A stretch of 64,000 nt of DNA from Octopus vulgaris (taxonomy: Eukaryota): contig OX597836.1 of assembly GCA_951406725.2 (NCBI GenBank), positions 39,246,001-39,310,000 on the forward strand, in the 5' to 3' direction. Shown here piece after piece: positions 1 to 15,761 of this stretch. The notes under the pieces are model-generated. The model worked only from the letters and a program-made list of their open reading frames with translations, had not been told where the DNA came from and did no database searches. Position 1 is the stretch's first letter; each line of letters opens with the position of its first letter. Position numbers and translations under genes: made by a program.

Positions 1-75
1 AAGGTGTCACGCAATGGAACTGAACCCGGAACCATGTGGTTGAGAAGCAAGCTTCTTAACCACACCGCCACGCCT
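1..75 (-). mobile_element. SINE type A, 5' tRNA-like head fragment (cut by window edge)
   Basis: Reverse complement reads GGCGTGGCGGTGTGGTTAAGAAGCTTGC...GGTTCAGTTCCATTGCGTGACACCTT, matching the head of the full copy at 42999-43420. Confidence 0.75.
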
Positions 76-910
76 ATAATATACATATACATACATATAT
101 ATATATACACTCACATTTAAGGCGGTGCTCCAGCATGGTCGCAGTCAAATGACTGAAACAAGTAAAAGAATATATATATATATTATTAATATATATATAT
201 TAATAATATATATATATATTATTTATATATATATTATTTATATTATATATATATATATATATATAAACATATATCTGTATATGCATGTATTTGTGTCTCT
301 GTGCATGTGCGCTCGCGAGAGAGAAATAGAGTGTGTGTGTGTATGGAAGTGTGAATGCATATATATTATTAAATTCAAATTACAATGAACGTAAACAAAC
401 AAACGAAGTTTGCTTTAGAAGCGTTGAGATGTCTTAGAAAGTTAAAGAAGTGATTTTTAATTCTCAAACGTAGGATAATACGAATAACATAGCCTGAAGA
501 GGAGAAGCTACCCCCCTATTCTGCAGAAAAAAGTGTTGACGGCCGGCTATGAGACGCGAACTCACACCTCCGTGATTACACGTCGCGATGTTCTGAACCA
601 TTAAGCTACACCGCCCACACCACAAATTCTTCCGCAAATTTAAGATATATAGAAATCTCGCTTTATGAGACGCTCTCATACGTTAAATTAAAATTACGAT
701 GAACGTAAACAAACAAACGAAGAAATTATTTTCTCGATACAATCGGGCCTAAACTGGAATGTTCATTTCAGCTGGGTTTGAACCCGAAACAGCGAGAAGC
801 GAAACTAGACTCTTCCTTCACAGAGACTTTTGACAATAACATTTGTAACTTTAGAAGCATTAACAGTAACAACAACAACTACTACTGTTGCTTGTTTGTT
901 TGTTTGTTTG

Positions 911-1279
911 TTGAGCGAAGCGGTCTTTGTCCCAGAGTGGGAGAAGTCCGAAACGTGGTCCTTTGCTATTCGTAAGACCCGCAGAAGAGAAAGCAGGTCA
1001 ACCCCCCGACACCGAGAGCATCGACGGATGGATGAATGCGCATCCAGGCTCAGCGGTTGCGTAGGAAGTCGGGGACAAGAAACAGGAAAAAGGGTGAAAT
1101 AAAGTTGTAGCGAAAGAGTACAACAGGGGTCGCCACAACCCCCTGTCGGAGCATCGTGGAGCTTTAGGTGTTTTTGCTCAATAAACACACACAACGCCCG
1201 GTCTGGGAATCGAAACCGCGATCCTCCGACCGCGAGTCCGCTTCCCTAAGCATTGGGTCATTGGGCCATTGCGCCTCCA
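911..1279 (-). mobile_element. SINE type C (tRNA-derived head GGAGGCGCAATGGCCCAGTGGTTAG) with tail variant 1
   Basis: A-box TGGCCCA-TGG and B-box GGTTTCGATTCC on minus strand; body shared with other C copies; unique structured tail ending in (CAAA)n. Confidence 0.8.
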
Positions 1280-1304
1280 CTTGCTGCTGCAGCTGCTTCT
1301 GCTG

Positions 1305-1307
1305 CTG

Positions 1308-1380
<73 letters not shown>

Positions 1381-1620
1381 GATGACGACGACGAGACGAC
1401 GTCTACTACTACAACGACTACTACTGCTGCCACTACTATTAAGACGACGAGACGACGTCTAGAACTACTACAACAACAACTGCTAATACCACTGCTGCTG
1501 CTGCTACTAATAGTATTACTACTACTAATAGTATTACTACTACTACTACTATTAGTACAAAACTGTAATAGACTCTAAGAATAGAGGATCAGTAACAACA
1601 ACAACAACAACAACAAACAC
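1305..1620. repeat. Compound (CTA)n/(GAC)n/(CAA)n microsatellite
   Basis: Direct reading of triplet runs. Confidence 0.95.
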
Positions 1621-2091
1621 ACCATAAACATGAATAAGATTACGAGGACATTAAGGTTAACTGCTTCAACAATAACATTATCAACGGTATCAAGAATAAG
1701 ACCACCACCATGACCACCACTACCGACTAGAACAACCACAACAACAAAAACATTCTAAATAGTTTTGACCGTGTCGTCTGGTGTTGCCAGAAATGTTTGG
1801 AAGAAGTCCAAATCTTTAATAATACAAACTTTCTTACTTATTTCTTACTGATACGTTAAACCACAAGGAAAAAAAAGAAAGACAGAGAGAGAGAGGGTGG
1901 GGAGGCTAAAGAGAAAGAGAAAGAGAAAGTGAAAGTACAGTTTATAGGTATGTGTGGTAGGAACAATGGATAAAAATGGTCAGTGTTTCATTGCAGTGCA
2001 ATGGTCAGCTTCAAGGCTTCCTAAAACATGTATCACAGTATTGCAGAACATTTTGGCTAGCACGCTAACGATTCTGCCAAATATCTTCAAG

Positions 2092-2571
<480 letters not shown>

Positions 2572-2572
<1 letters not shown>

Positions 2573-2695
2573 CAACCAAATATATGGCACACTAGGCATA
2601 ACAATAACGTGAACTTCCAACCTGTTGTCTCTTGAGGTCTCCGGGTGAGACTTGGAACCAACTTGTACAAATATAAAGCAAAAGTCAAACATATC

Positions 2696-2696
<1 letters not shown>
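2572..2696 (+). mobile_element. Probable 3' UTR fragment of an R4/Dong-like LINE, ending in (AAT)n
   Basis: Short unique segment between AAT arrays, next to Dong-like coding remnants; assignment is inference. Confidence 0.4.
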
Positions 2697-2755
<59 letters not shown>

Positions 2756-2758
<3 letters not shown>

Positions 2759-3312
2759 GCCCTGATGCAGTACCAGACAGTGGCTGTCATGGCTTCTGAT
2801 CTTAACTGATTGGAAGTGTTATCATGTACATTGTTTTGTCTTCGTATAAAAGATGGGCTACAGCAAATATTCTGCTCAATACCACAGATTTGCTTGTCAG
2901 TTGTTTGACCGTAACCAGTTGAGCATGTCCCTTAGTGGCTGACGATATGTGCATCTCTGATCACGAGCGGAAGTAGTGGGGGAGCATCATAGCCATGTGT
3001 TGAGAGGGATTCTTTGGGGTTTGAATAGTTCACCTCTGGAAACATGGGTGGTTCTTTCAACATCCTTAAACAACCCTTATTCAGGGACCGTTTGAGCGGG
3101 ATGGGTTACTCGATCTGAAGAAAATTCTAACTGGGCCCCACCTGCAAGGTCATGTGCTGTTTATCTTGATATGAGATCACCATATCGCGCACATATGGTT
3201 GTGATGCATGTGCCTGGTGTACCTTTATCAGACGGGTAGTCATGATGGGTATATTGGGCTTCGTATATTTTACCCCAGTGTCACTTTGATGGCATGCACT
3301 GCTCTCTCACTC
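2756..3312 (+). mobile_element. ~560-bp non-coding interspersed element embedded in (AAT)n
   Basis: Sharp boundaries against AAT arrays on both sides, higher GC than flanks, no credible ORF; orientation uncertain. Confidence 0.5.
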
Positions 3313-3384
<72 letters not shown>

Positions 3385-3555
3385 AAGAAGAAGAAGAAGA
3401 AGAAGAAGAAGAAGAAGAAGAAGGAAGAAGAAGAAGAAGAAGAAGAAGAAGAAGGAGAAGAAGGAGAAGAAGAAGGAGAAGAAGAAGAAGAAGAAGAAGA
3501 AGAAGAAGAAGAAGAAGAAGAAGAAGAAGAAGAAGAAGAGAAGAAGAAGAAGAAG
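3313..3555. repeat. (AAT)n followed by (AAG)n microsatellite
   Basis: Direct reading. Confidence 0.95.
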
Positions 3556-4500
3556 AAACAAGCTGATGTCGACCAGAAACACACGCATCAATGGTTACGA
3601 AGCTCAGGGCTAAAAGCAGAGAGTGAAAGATTCATATTAGAGCAGAGAGTAAATTAAGTTTCATATTAAAGCAGAGAGTGAAGGTTTCATAAGACCAAAG
3701 CTTGTTAACCTGGAACTACTAAGCCAATGTGATAAAAAAATGGAGCTGGCCCAAAATGCCGATTCTGTAACAATAAGATTGAAATTATAGGCCACCTAAT
3801 CTCAGGGTGTAGAGTCTTAGCACCTGTAGAATATATAGCAAGACATGACAGAGTCGGCCAGTATTTATACTGGACAATATGTCGGCATTATAAAATCAAA
3901 ACCGCTGACAAATGGTATAAACACCATCCTGAAGCTGTGACTGAGAGAGAAAATGTGTCGATTCTCTGGGACTTCCACGTGCAGACCGACAAGACTATAA
4001 AAGCTAATAAACCGGATATTATTATAAAAGATCAGACAAAAAGGTATGTTTATTAATTGACATGAGTATTCCTTGCGATCACAATATAGCGGCGAAAGAA
4101 TTTGACAAGATCAGTAAATATAAAGACTGCTAATAGAAATTGAAAAAATGTGGCATCTCAAAGGCGACTACAGTACCAGTGATTGTAGGATCTCTAGGAA
4201 TGATAAAAAAAAGTACTGAAACCTATTTGAAAATGATACCAGGCTTACCATCCCTACAGGAAGTGCAAAAAATCATGTTAACTGGAACGACTCATGTACT
4301 GAGAAGAGCATTATCGCTGTGAAAACAACATCCATTCATGAATTTATTTATTTATTAATTTTTAAATACATATTTTACCTGTGAATTTGCGTGTGTAATG
4401 GGAATGCATACAATGAGCTTCTCTGCCCTAGGTGTACGGAAAACACTCGGCGAGAAACGGAAGAAAATTTGAAGAAAAATAAAAATAATAATAATAATAA
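3556..4500 (+). mobile_element. 5'-truncated R4/Dong-like non-LTR retrotransposon: CCHC knuckle, restriction-like endonuclease and 3' UTR, frameshifted
   Basis: Translation across frames gives WLRSSGLKAESE, CRFC..H..SGC, YIARHDRVG, ILWDF..QTD..KANKPDIII, KYKD, VPVIVGSLG..HVLRRALSL* (stop at 4322); ends in an (AAT)n tail. Confidence 0.88.
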
Positions 4501-4589
4501 TAATAACAATGATGATGATAATGATGATGATTTCATGTATTTGACTCAAGGGTGAAGGATGAGAGGGATGATGATGATGATGATGATTT

Positions 4590-4815
4590 CAAATTTTGGC
4601 ACAAGGCCAGCAATTCCAGGGAAGGGGCTAAGTCGATTACACCGACGCCAGTGTTCAACTGGTACTTATTTTATTGACCTGGAAAGGATATAAAGCAAAG
4701 TCGACCCTCCCCCCAGCGGAATTTGAACTCAGAAATGTAAAAGACGGGCTAAAAAAGCCGTTAAAGCATTTTTGCTGCCCGGCGTGTGCTAACAAATCTG
4801 CCAAGCTCACTGCCG
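4590..4815 (-). mobile_element. SINE type B, diverged, alternative tail (..GGCCTTGTGCCAAAATTTGAAA)
   Basis: Contains reverse complement of GAGTTCAAATTCCGC..GTCGACTTTGC..TAAGTACCAG. Confidence 0.7.
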
Positions 4816-4837
4816 TAATGCTGCTGCTGCTGCTGCC

Positions 4838-4877
<40 letters not shown>

Positions 4878-4930
4878 ATGATGATGACGATGACGACGAC
4901 GACTACGACGAGGAGGAGGAGGAGGAGGAG

Positions 4931-5385
4931 GTTTTCTTTTTATTTGCCACATGAGCATCAGATGACACTTCACTGACAGTTTACAATTTGTGTGGGTGTT
5001 TAATATTAAGAAAAGGATTGGAGAAAGGAAAAATGAGATGAAAATATACAGAGTATACAAAAATATGTGAACAAATCGACGATACAGTCCTCCCGATATC
5101 GGTGAACCTCTAAATAGAGCCAATCAAGGAACCACCCACCCACAGATCCAGGATCACTCTGGATCCCCAAGGGTTCCAATTCCTCGCCCAACTGTCGCTC
5201 TCCAATCTACAGAACCACACTTCCAGTAGGTTCATCCATTAGACTAGATGCCACAGTCACCCATTTTATAACCAAATTCAGTGAGAGAACCCTCTCTCCA
5301 GCCTCTCTTCTTCAAGTGAACCTCACCTTGTTAAAGGTAAATGAGGAGGCGATCTCTCGATCTCTAACTCTCTCTCTCGTGCCCT
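4931..5385 (-). mobile_element. Degenerate Tx1/L1-like LINE 3' end (ORF2 C-terminus plus 3' UTR)
   Basis: Minus strand gives a remnant resembling FHLK-R--ER-VLS..KWV of the 28018 element and ends ..TGTGGCAAATAAAAAGAAA like its 3' end. Confidence 0.5.
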
Positions 5386-5613
5386 AGGAAAAAGAGAAAG
5401 ACAGAGAGAGAGAGAGGGTAGGGAGGCGAAGAGAAAGAGAAAGAGAAAGAGAAAGTGAAAGTACAGTTTATAGGTATGTGTGGTAGGAACAATGGATGAA
5501 TGGTCAGTGTTTTATTGCAGTGCAATGGTCAGCTTCAAGGCTTCCTGAAACATGTATCACAGTATTGCAAAACATTTTGGCTAGCACGCTAACGATTCTG
5601 CCAAATATCTTCA

Positions 5614-5846
5614 ATTTTTTTGCTGCTTTTGTGTTTGAACACAAACTGCAGCATCCAGTTCTCTGCACTAGATAAGTACCTGTCCATTGCTATTGTGGAG
5701 GTCCTATAACACAGTTCTACCTGCATCATTCCTCTTCCCCTATTACTTCTAGGTAGATACAGGCGATCAGCGCCTGCTTTTGGATGGTGCATGTTCTTAG
5801 ATGTTAGTAGTTTTCTTGTCTTCCTGCCCAGGCGTTGAAGCTCGAT
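5614..5846 (-). mobile_element. R4/Dong-like reverse transcriptase fragment (thumb region)
   Basis: RKTRKLLT..MHHPKAGADRLYLPRSNRGRGM matches the HPKA-VDRLY-PR--GGRG motif of RLE-clade RTs. Confidence 0.8.
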
Positions 5847-5854
5847 GATTATTA

Positions 5855-6072
5855 AGGCGGTGAGCTGGCAGAATTGTTAGCACACTGGACAAAATGCTTA
5901 GCGGTATTTCGTCCGTCGCTACGTTCTGAGTTCAAATTCCGCCGCGGTCGACTTTGCCTTTCATCCTTTCGGGGGTTGATGAAATGAATACCAGTTACAC
6001 ACTGGAGTCGATGTAATCGACTCCCTCCCCTTAAATTTCAGGTCTTGTGCCTTTAGTAGAAAGGATTATTAT
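5855..6072 (+). mobile_element. SINE type B, full length, alternative tail ending GAAAGGATTATT
   Basis: Head GGCGGTGAGCTGGCAGAA..GTTAG, B-box GAGTTCAAATTCC, core GTCGACTTTGCCTTTCATCCTTTCGGG. Confidence 0.85.
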
Positions 6073-6559
6073 AATTGTAACGCAAAGAAGATGAAAACAA
6101 TACGGCATCGACTGATTCACAATTAAAAATGAGGAACGCGTCCTTTAGGGAGAAACCAGTCTGAGATTGAACAATATGTCCGTATTTTAAATTCTGATTT
6201 TTTTTAATTCGAAAAATTCAATTTTTTAATTTTTAATTCGAAAAAAGAATTTTTTTTGTTTTCTTCAAAGTCATATGTTTTTCCAAAGTCACACAGAAAG
6301 TCTTATGAATTTCTGTGTGCAAAAACGTAAAAAGCTTTTCAAAATTGCAAAACAAAAAAGTTATGAGGGGTTAGATGGCGTGCTTAAGGCAGAATTCCGT
6401 CGATACCCATATTTATCTAAACACCAGTAAGCTGGTAGATATAAGAAAGAGTATAATGAAAAGAAGACTTATAGAGGCAGAGCTAAGCAGAGTACAGTGT
6501 TCAGTACGACCTAAATAAGAACCAACAGGATGTAAAAGAAGCACAAGTTGTTATCTTAA

Positions 6560-7170
6560 TGTTCCCATAAAATCAAATAGAGCCAGAGACTGAAAATAGG
6601 ATGTGTTGAATCAGAAATCAAATGACAATGGAAAATGGCGGAAATGATTGCTAACGAGAGAGAGAGAGAATTAACGGTTTGAGGAAGGAAATACTGAAGA
6701 TATCAAAAGCACACAGGAAGAAAATGTAACGGAACTTGTTAAAGTAAGCAACATAAACATGGCCGAAAGGGAATCACTGTCAAATTTAACAAATGAAAAC
6801 AAGCATAAGAAATTGATGAGGGCAAGAAACGCTGCAATCTAAAATCTCGGCCTGGTAGAGTTTAATTTGACTGACCTCGATCAATTAATCTATGCCTTGG
6901 CCAAAACATTTGAATTAAATGCTCCAATAAGAAAGTAACAGATCGAGCTGCTCAACAAATATAGATAGAAGTTGGGAAAATAAATTGATCTCCTACGAGG
7001 AGAAATATCGATCTTGGACGAATGCAGCAAGAACAAGAATGAGAAAACAAGGGAAGGAAATAAAATAAAGGAAAACAATACAGACCGAATAAGACAGAGG
7101 ACATACCATCGATCAAAGAACAACTTAAAAATAAAATAAAAGCTAGAACCCAACAAGTATAGCAGTGGTA
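6560..7170 (+). mobile_element. Highly decayed N-terminal part of an R4/Dong-like ORF
   Basis: Peptide remnants LTDLDQLIYALA, IDLLRGEISILDE and IKEQLKNKIKARTQ resemble the region upstream of RT in this clade; many stops. Confidence 0.45.
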
Positions 7171-7482
7171 TACTGGTGACTTCGAAGTTACGGTGAGGAA
7201 ATTCGAAATCAAAGTCACTTGCATTCCGTCTCAAGAAAATTATTAGATTCTACAGCTGTATCAAACCCTTGGTCAGTGTATATTGCCTGATGATCTTTTA
7301 TGAGTTCATTTGTGGGTGTATGTGCATGTGCTTGTGTAGGTGGGTGAGAAGAAGAAGGAGAAGAAGAAAAAGAAGAAGCTGATGATGATGATCATGATGA
7401 TTATGATGGGAGGAGAGAAAGTGAGTGGGAAAGTCAGACATGGAGAAAAAAAAATTTTCAAAGTCTGAAAAAATATAATCTC

Positions 7483-7568
<86 letters not shown>

Positions 7569-8034
7569 ACGCAATACATTCATGCAAACATATATATATA
7601 TACACCCATACACATATACTTACACAGGTATACAAATATATACACATATAACGCTGAACATAAACATAAATATCACTTCCAGAAAATGGTTTAAGTTTCC
7701 TAAATTATTCATTTTTTTCTATCCTGCAATGAAAGAAATTATTGGGAAGAAATTTTTTCTTCAAAAGTCATTGAGTATTCGTGTGTGTGTGTGTACACAT
7801 ACATACACACACACACACACACACATCATTGACGTTATAAGAATTTATAATCTTGGAGCGAATATGAACTAGTCCATGGAACGGTGGATTTCGAACGCCT
7901 TCCACTTTCTCTACCCATCGGGTTTTTTAACCTAACGTTTGCGCTATCATTTGCAGTTTTATTTGCTTCAAGAACTATTGTTCCACATAAGAATTAGATG
8001 TGTGTGTGTATGCTCGTATACATATTCATATGTG

Positions 8035-8417
8035 TGGAAGCACTCCGTCGGTTACGACGACGAGGGTTCCGGTTGATCCGAATCAACGGAACAGCCTGCC
8101 GTGAAATTAACGTGTAAGTGGCTGAGCACTCCACAGACACGTGTACTCTTAACGTAGTTCTCGGGGATATTCAGCGTGACACAGAGAGTGACAAGGCTGG
8201 CCCTTTGAAATACAGGTACAACAGGAACAGGAAGTAAGAGGGAGAGAAAGTTGTGGTGAAAGAGTACAGCAGGGATCACCACCATCACTGCCGGAACCTC
8301 GTGGAGCTTTAGGTGTTTTCGCTCAATAAACACTCACAACGCCCGGTCTGGGAATCGAAACCGCGATCCTACGACCGCGAGTCCGCTGCCCTAACCACTG
8401 GGCCATTGCGCCTCCAC
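8035..8417 (-). mobile_element. SINE type C with tail variant 2
   Basis: Same head and body as other C copies; tail ends ..GTCGTAACCGACGGAGTGCTTCCA. Confidence 0.85.
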
Positions 8418-9499
8418 ACATATTTATATACGTATGTATGTATGTATGTATGTACGTATGTATGTATGTATGTATGTCATTTTGTTATATTACTTAATGT
8501 TAATCTTTTGTTAAAATGTCACTTGGCGTTTATTATATGGCGTGTTTTAACAAGTCAAGATCAAATAAACGGAATATATCGTATGCTAATGGATTTATTA
8601 TTTACCGCTTTTAGTATATTTCTTTTAAAATGTGTGTGCATGTGAGTGTGTGAATGTATATATATATATATATGTGTGTGTGTGCGAGTGTGAGACTGTG
8701 TGTACGCGTGTATGTACGTATGCAGCGTAATATTACACTTTCCAGTATTACACTAGCCAAATTATTAAATGACTTCGTGCCAGAAATGGAGAAGCAAGAC
8801 TTGCCGTCATCAGATACGGTCTCGTTGCCACTGGAGATCTGAACGTACGACGTGTGGCTTATGTAAAAAAAAAAGTCGGAACGAAATTTACGGATAAAAG
8901 TGCACCCTGAAATTACATATCATATAAAATGAGGCGCCTTTTTAGCCACAAATTAAACGGGATCAACCTAAGGGAAATAACACCGATGATAAAAAAAAAA
9001 TGAACCAGCCTTGTTCTGTCCCATTTGGGGCTTGGTTTCTGTGCTTTGATTCGTGAATTTCATTCTGGTATCTTAAAACACGTGTTACTCCATTGACGCT
9101 TTCAGGCCTCTAGTGGCTAAAAATTGAGGCCGAGCTTCTCTTCTTAGTTATTTCTGATGATTGCAGGATTTGTCTTTTCCATTTCCGATATGAAACTATT
9201 TAGTAATTTAGGTAGCTTAAGATTATAATGCTACATAAATAACGCGAATTTATGAGAAATCCCGTGAACGAAGCGAGACTGTTTTCCGAAGTAGAAGTGA
9301 ACACCTTTCTCCATATGATCGGCTTGACAAATTCTTAACAGACTAGGATATTTTCTTGCTTTTCTTAATATGAAACCAAAGATAGTCTTAATTCGCAAAT
9401 GATAAAGAAATTATATATCCAACAATGCGGTGTTGAGCACTCATTTAATCGTTCGACACATACATATATATGTGTGTGTGTGTATATATATATATGTTA

Positions 9500-10227
<728 letters not shown>

Positions 10228-10639
10228 TACATATATACATGCATGCATACTCACTACTCACACACATAAACACACACACACACAAATATATATATATAAT
10301 CTGCATTTTCTCTATGTGTCTATGTACATGTGTGTATGTAGTCTCTATAACATTCGTATCTAAGTCTTATGTTTGTCTAGAGCCAGGACAACATCATGTC
10401 CTGCTGTTGACGCTTAACTGAGGCTGAAAAATATCTTCAAAGTTTCCAGCTTGTCTCTAAAACAAAACATACCGCTTTGTTTTTCTTAATAGCATATTAA
10501 ATCAGGAGGGTTTCTCGTTCGTTGAGACCATCTCCATTTATCTTGAGATTATCTCCGATTGGAGATTATTTCTAATTCTCATTCGGCATAGATAGCAATC
10601 TCCCCTAGGTGCTTGTTTACTTTCTCTCATACCGAATAT

Positions 10640-11512
10640 ATAGAGTGTTCAAAAAGTCTCTCCATAACGAATTTTTTTTTATCCAAAATGTATTTCAAAA
10701 CATGTGTAGAAAATTCAACTTATGTATTGAAAATGATGGACGACACTTTCAACACCTCTCATAAAGTTTTTTTAAAGTCTTGTAAAGTCTAATATATTCT
10801 TTGTAGTCTTATACCTGTTTCTTTATTACCCACAAGGGGCTAAAGAGGGAACAAGGGGCTAAAGATAGAGGGGATAAACAAAGACAGACAAACGGATTAA
10901 GTCGATTACATCGACCCCAGTGCGTAACTGGTACTTATTTAATCGACCCCGAAAGGATGAAAGGCTAAGTCGACCTCTGCGGAATTTGAACTCAGAACGT
11001 AACAGCAGACGAAATACCTATTTCTTTACTACCCACGAGGGGCTAAACACAGAGGGGAAAAACAAGGACAGAGAAACAGATTAAGCCGATTACATCGACC
11101 CCAGTGCGTAACTGGTACTTATTTAATCGACTCCGAAAGGATGAAAGGCAAAGTCGACCTCGGCGGAATTTGAACTCAGAACGTAACAGCAGACGAAATA
11201 CCTATTTCTTTACTACTCACAAGGGGCTAAACACAGAGGGGACAAACAAGGACAGAAAAACAGATTAAGTCGATTATATCTACCCCAGTGCGTAACTGGT
11301 ACTTATTTAATCGACTCCGAAAGGATGAAAGGCAAAGTCGACCTCGGCGGAATTTGAACTCAGAACGTAGCAGCAGACGAAATACCGCTAAGCATCTCGC
11401 CCGGCGCGCTAACGCTTCTGCCAGCTCGCCGCCTTATGTAGTCTTATACCATCTTATAAATATTTATTTTACGATAAAATACTTACTGCGGACAGACTTT
11501 TGAACACCTTAT
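10640..11512. mobile_element. Tc1/mariner-type MITE remnant hosting a SINE B trimer
   Basis: Imperfect inverted termini GTGTTCAAAAAGTCTCTCC (left) and GGACAGACTTTTGAACACC (right), TA-flanked. Confidence 0.5.
10816..11436 (-). mobile_element. SINE type B trimer (one head plus three ~184-bp units)
   Basis: Three tandem core-tail units; 14-bp TSD TGTAGTCTTATACC at 10802-10815 and 11437-11450. Confidence 0.9.
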
Positions 11513-11629
11513 AGTTTCATTGTATCAAGAATTTTTCTTATTCTCTATTGAATGTATTCTCATTATCATTGCTGCCCAAATTCCTGTTACTTGTCACTTT
11601 GGATTATTTCTGTCTCATTTTCGTTTTAA

Positions 11630-13086
<1,457 letters not shown>

Positions 13087-13394
13087 GCAGTCGTTGTTAA
13101 TAACAGACAAGTGTAAAAGTACTTACTGCATTGGTGAAACATAATTTTATTTGTCCAACTGATGCCGTTTGCCGTTTAACAAACTTCTACGATGTCTCAA
13201 TCAGACACCATACTGTTTAACGATGAACAACATGCTTTTAGCCAAAAATAGTCCCAGAATCGCAGTGGCCACGATAGACCACACACACACACACACACGC
13301 AGACACACACATACACATATTATATGTGTGTGGTTATGTGTCTTTATATGTATATCTGTGTATATGTATGTATGTGTGTGTGTATTTCTCTTTT

Positions 13395-13626
13395 ATTCTC
13401 TGTTACTTGTTTCAGTCATTTGACTGCGGCCAAGCTGGAGCACCGCCTTTAGTCGAGCAAATCGACCCTAAGACTTATTCTTTGTAAGCTTAGTACTTAT
13501 TCTATCGGTCTCTTTTGCCGAACCGCTAAGTTATGGGGACGTAAACACAGCAGCATCGGTTGTCAAGCGATGTTGGTAGGGACAAACTCAGTCACACAAA
13601 TATAAAGACACATACATATATATATA

Positions 13627-13674
<48 letters not shown>

Positions 13675-13840
13675 CATATATACGACGGGTTTCTTTCAGT
13701 TTCCGTCTACCAAATCCACTCACAAGGCTTTGGTCAGCCCGAGGCTATAGTAGAAGACACTTGTCCAAGGTTCCACGCAATGGGACTGAACCCGGAACCA
13801 TGTCATTGGTAAGCAAGCTACTTACCACACACCCACTCCC
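13395..13840 (-). mobile_element. SINE type A, full length
   Basis: Head, CORE-like ACCTTGGACAAGTG, internal TA/TG microsatellite and tail CAGTCAAATGACTGAAACAAGTAA on minus strand. Confidence 0.88.
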
Positions 13841-13859
13841 GTGTCTATATGTATGTATG

Positions 13860-13924
<65 letters not shown>

Positions 13925-14234
13925 CAGTATTTTTTATATATATATATAGTATATATATATATATATATATATACAGTATTTATTTTTAATTTCGTTCCAC
14001 TTAATTATTTTATGAATTTGCAATTTATCTATTTTCTTCAAATTACACATTATCTTTCTTTTTTTTTCATATTTTATGAGATATAAAACCTCATTTCATA
14101 TATATTTCATATATAGTCTAAAAGTTCGCTCACATACCGCCCGTTTCAATCCCCATAATCTGTTTTCAGTAAATCCATCAAAAGAGACTGCTTACAATGA
14201 AACACCTATCTTTTTCTCTGCTTCCATTTACATA

Positions 14235-14600
14235 TCTTTCGCCTTTTCAGTCATTAAACGGCGGCCATGCAGGAGCACTGCCTTGGAGGATTTATCCGAG
14301 CAAAATGGGTCGTCTTTTGCTGGACTGCTAAGTTACGAGGGAACGAAAGCAAGACAATACTGGCGGTCAAGCAGCAGAGCAAACACAGGGACAAACACAC
14401 ACATAAAGACTCGCATAAATATATATGTACGTGCGCGACTGGTTTCTTCTGGTTTCTATCTCCCAAAAACTCACAAAGTTTTGGACGACCCGGGGCTAAA
14501 GGGAAAGTCACTTGCCCAAGGCGCCAGATTGTGGAAATGAACCTGGGATCGTATGATTGAGAAGAAAATTTCTTACCTCACTGCCACGCATGCTCCTGTG
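14235..14600 (-). mobile_element. SINE type A, old diverged copy
   Basis: Degenerate tail (TTCAGTCATT..CGGCCATGC) and CACTTGCCCAAGG motif. Confidence 0.65.
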
Positions 14601-14660
14601 TAAATGCATATATATATATATATGTGTGTGTGTGTGTATGTATGTATATATATATATATA

Positions 14661-14705
<45 letters not shown>

Positions 14706-14718
14706 ATGTGTGTATATA

Positions 14719-14773
<55 letters not shown>

Positions 14774-14883
14774 ATATATATATATATTTATACATATATA
14801 TTGAGAGAGAGAGAGATAGATAGATATTCAACTACACGCATATGTATACATAGAGGCATATATATTTATGCGAGTATATACAG

Positions 14884-14916
<33 letters not shown>

Positions 14917-15401
14917 TTGTGCATATACATATATAAGTATATATGTGTGTGCATGTGTGTGCGTGCGTGTGTATGTGTATATGTGTATATGTGTGTGTGT
15001 GTGTGTATGTGTAAAACTTAGCAGCATCACTCGTTGGCTTCACTGTTAATATAATGAGGTAAAGCGGACCGGCTGGGGAAGGATTATGAAATTGTTGTAT
15101 TATAGATAACTATATTGTTTGGGGTTTTTTCTCCCCCATAAAATATGGAGGGAAAATGGAAGATAAAAATGTGTAATTTATTGACGATAACCAAGAAATT
15201 AAAAGTTAATTAAATTATGCATTAAAAAAGATTGATAAAAAATAATTGACAATGGATGAGAATTAAATTGAAAAAATACGAATTATTAATAAGTTCAGTC
15301 AAGAATCTGGCGACTGAAAAAGCAAATGCAGTGATTGAAAGAATGGAGTGGATTAGATATGTGTGTTTGTGTATACATACATACATACATACATACATAC
15401 A

Positions 15402-15469
<68 letters not shown>

Positions 15470-15521
15470 TACGTATAAATATATATACATATATATATGA
15501 TATGTACACACACATACACAT

Positions 15522-15569
<48 letters not shown>

Positions 15570-15658
15570 GTATATATATGTATGTATATATATATAGAGA
15601 AGGTATAAATAATGATCATTACATAAATATATATATATATATATATAATATATATACG

Positions 15659-15761
<103 letters not shown>

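Noticed and set aside
2756-2825. HDV-like ribozyme or U2 snRNA fragment at the start of the AAT-flanked element
   Set aside because: The nested double pseudoknot could not be built, and the U2 similarity is only ~9 nt.
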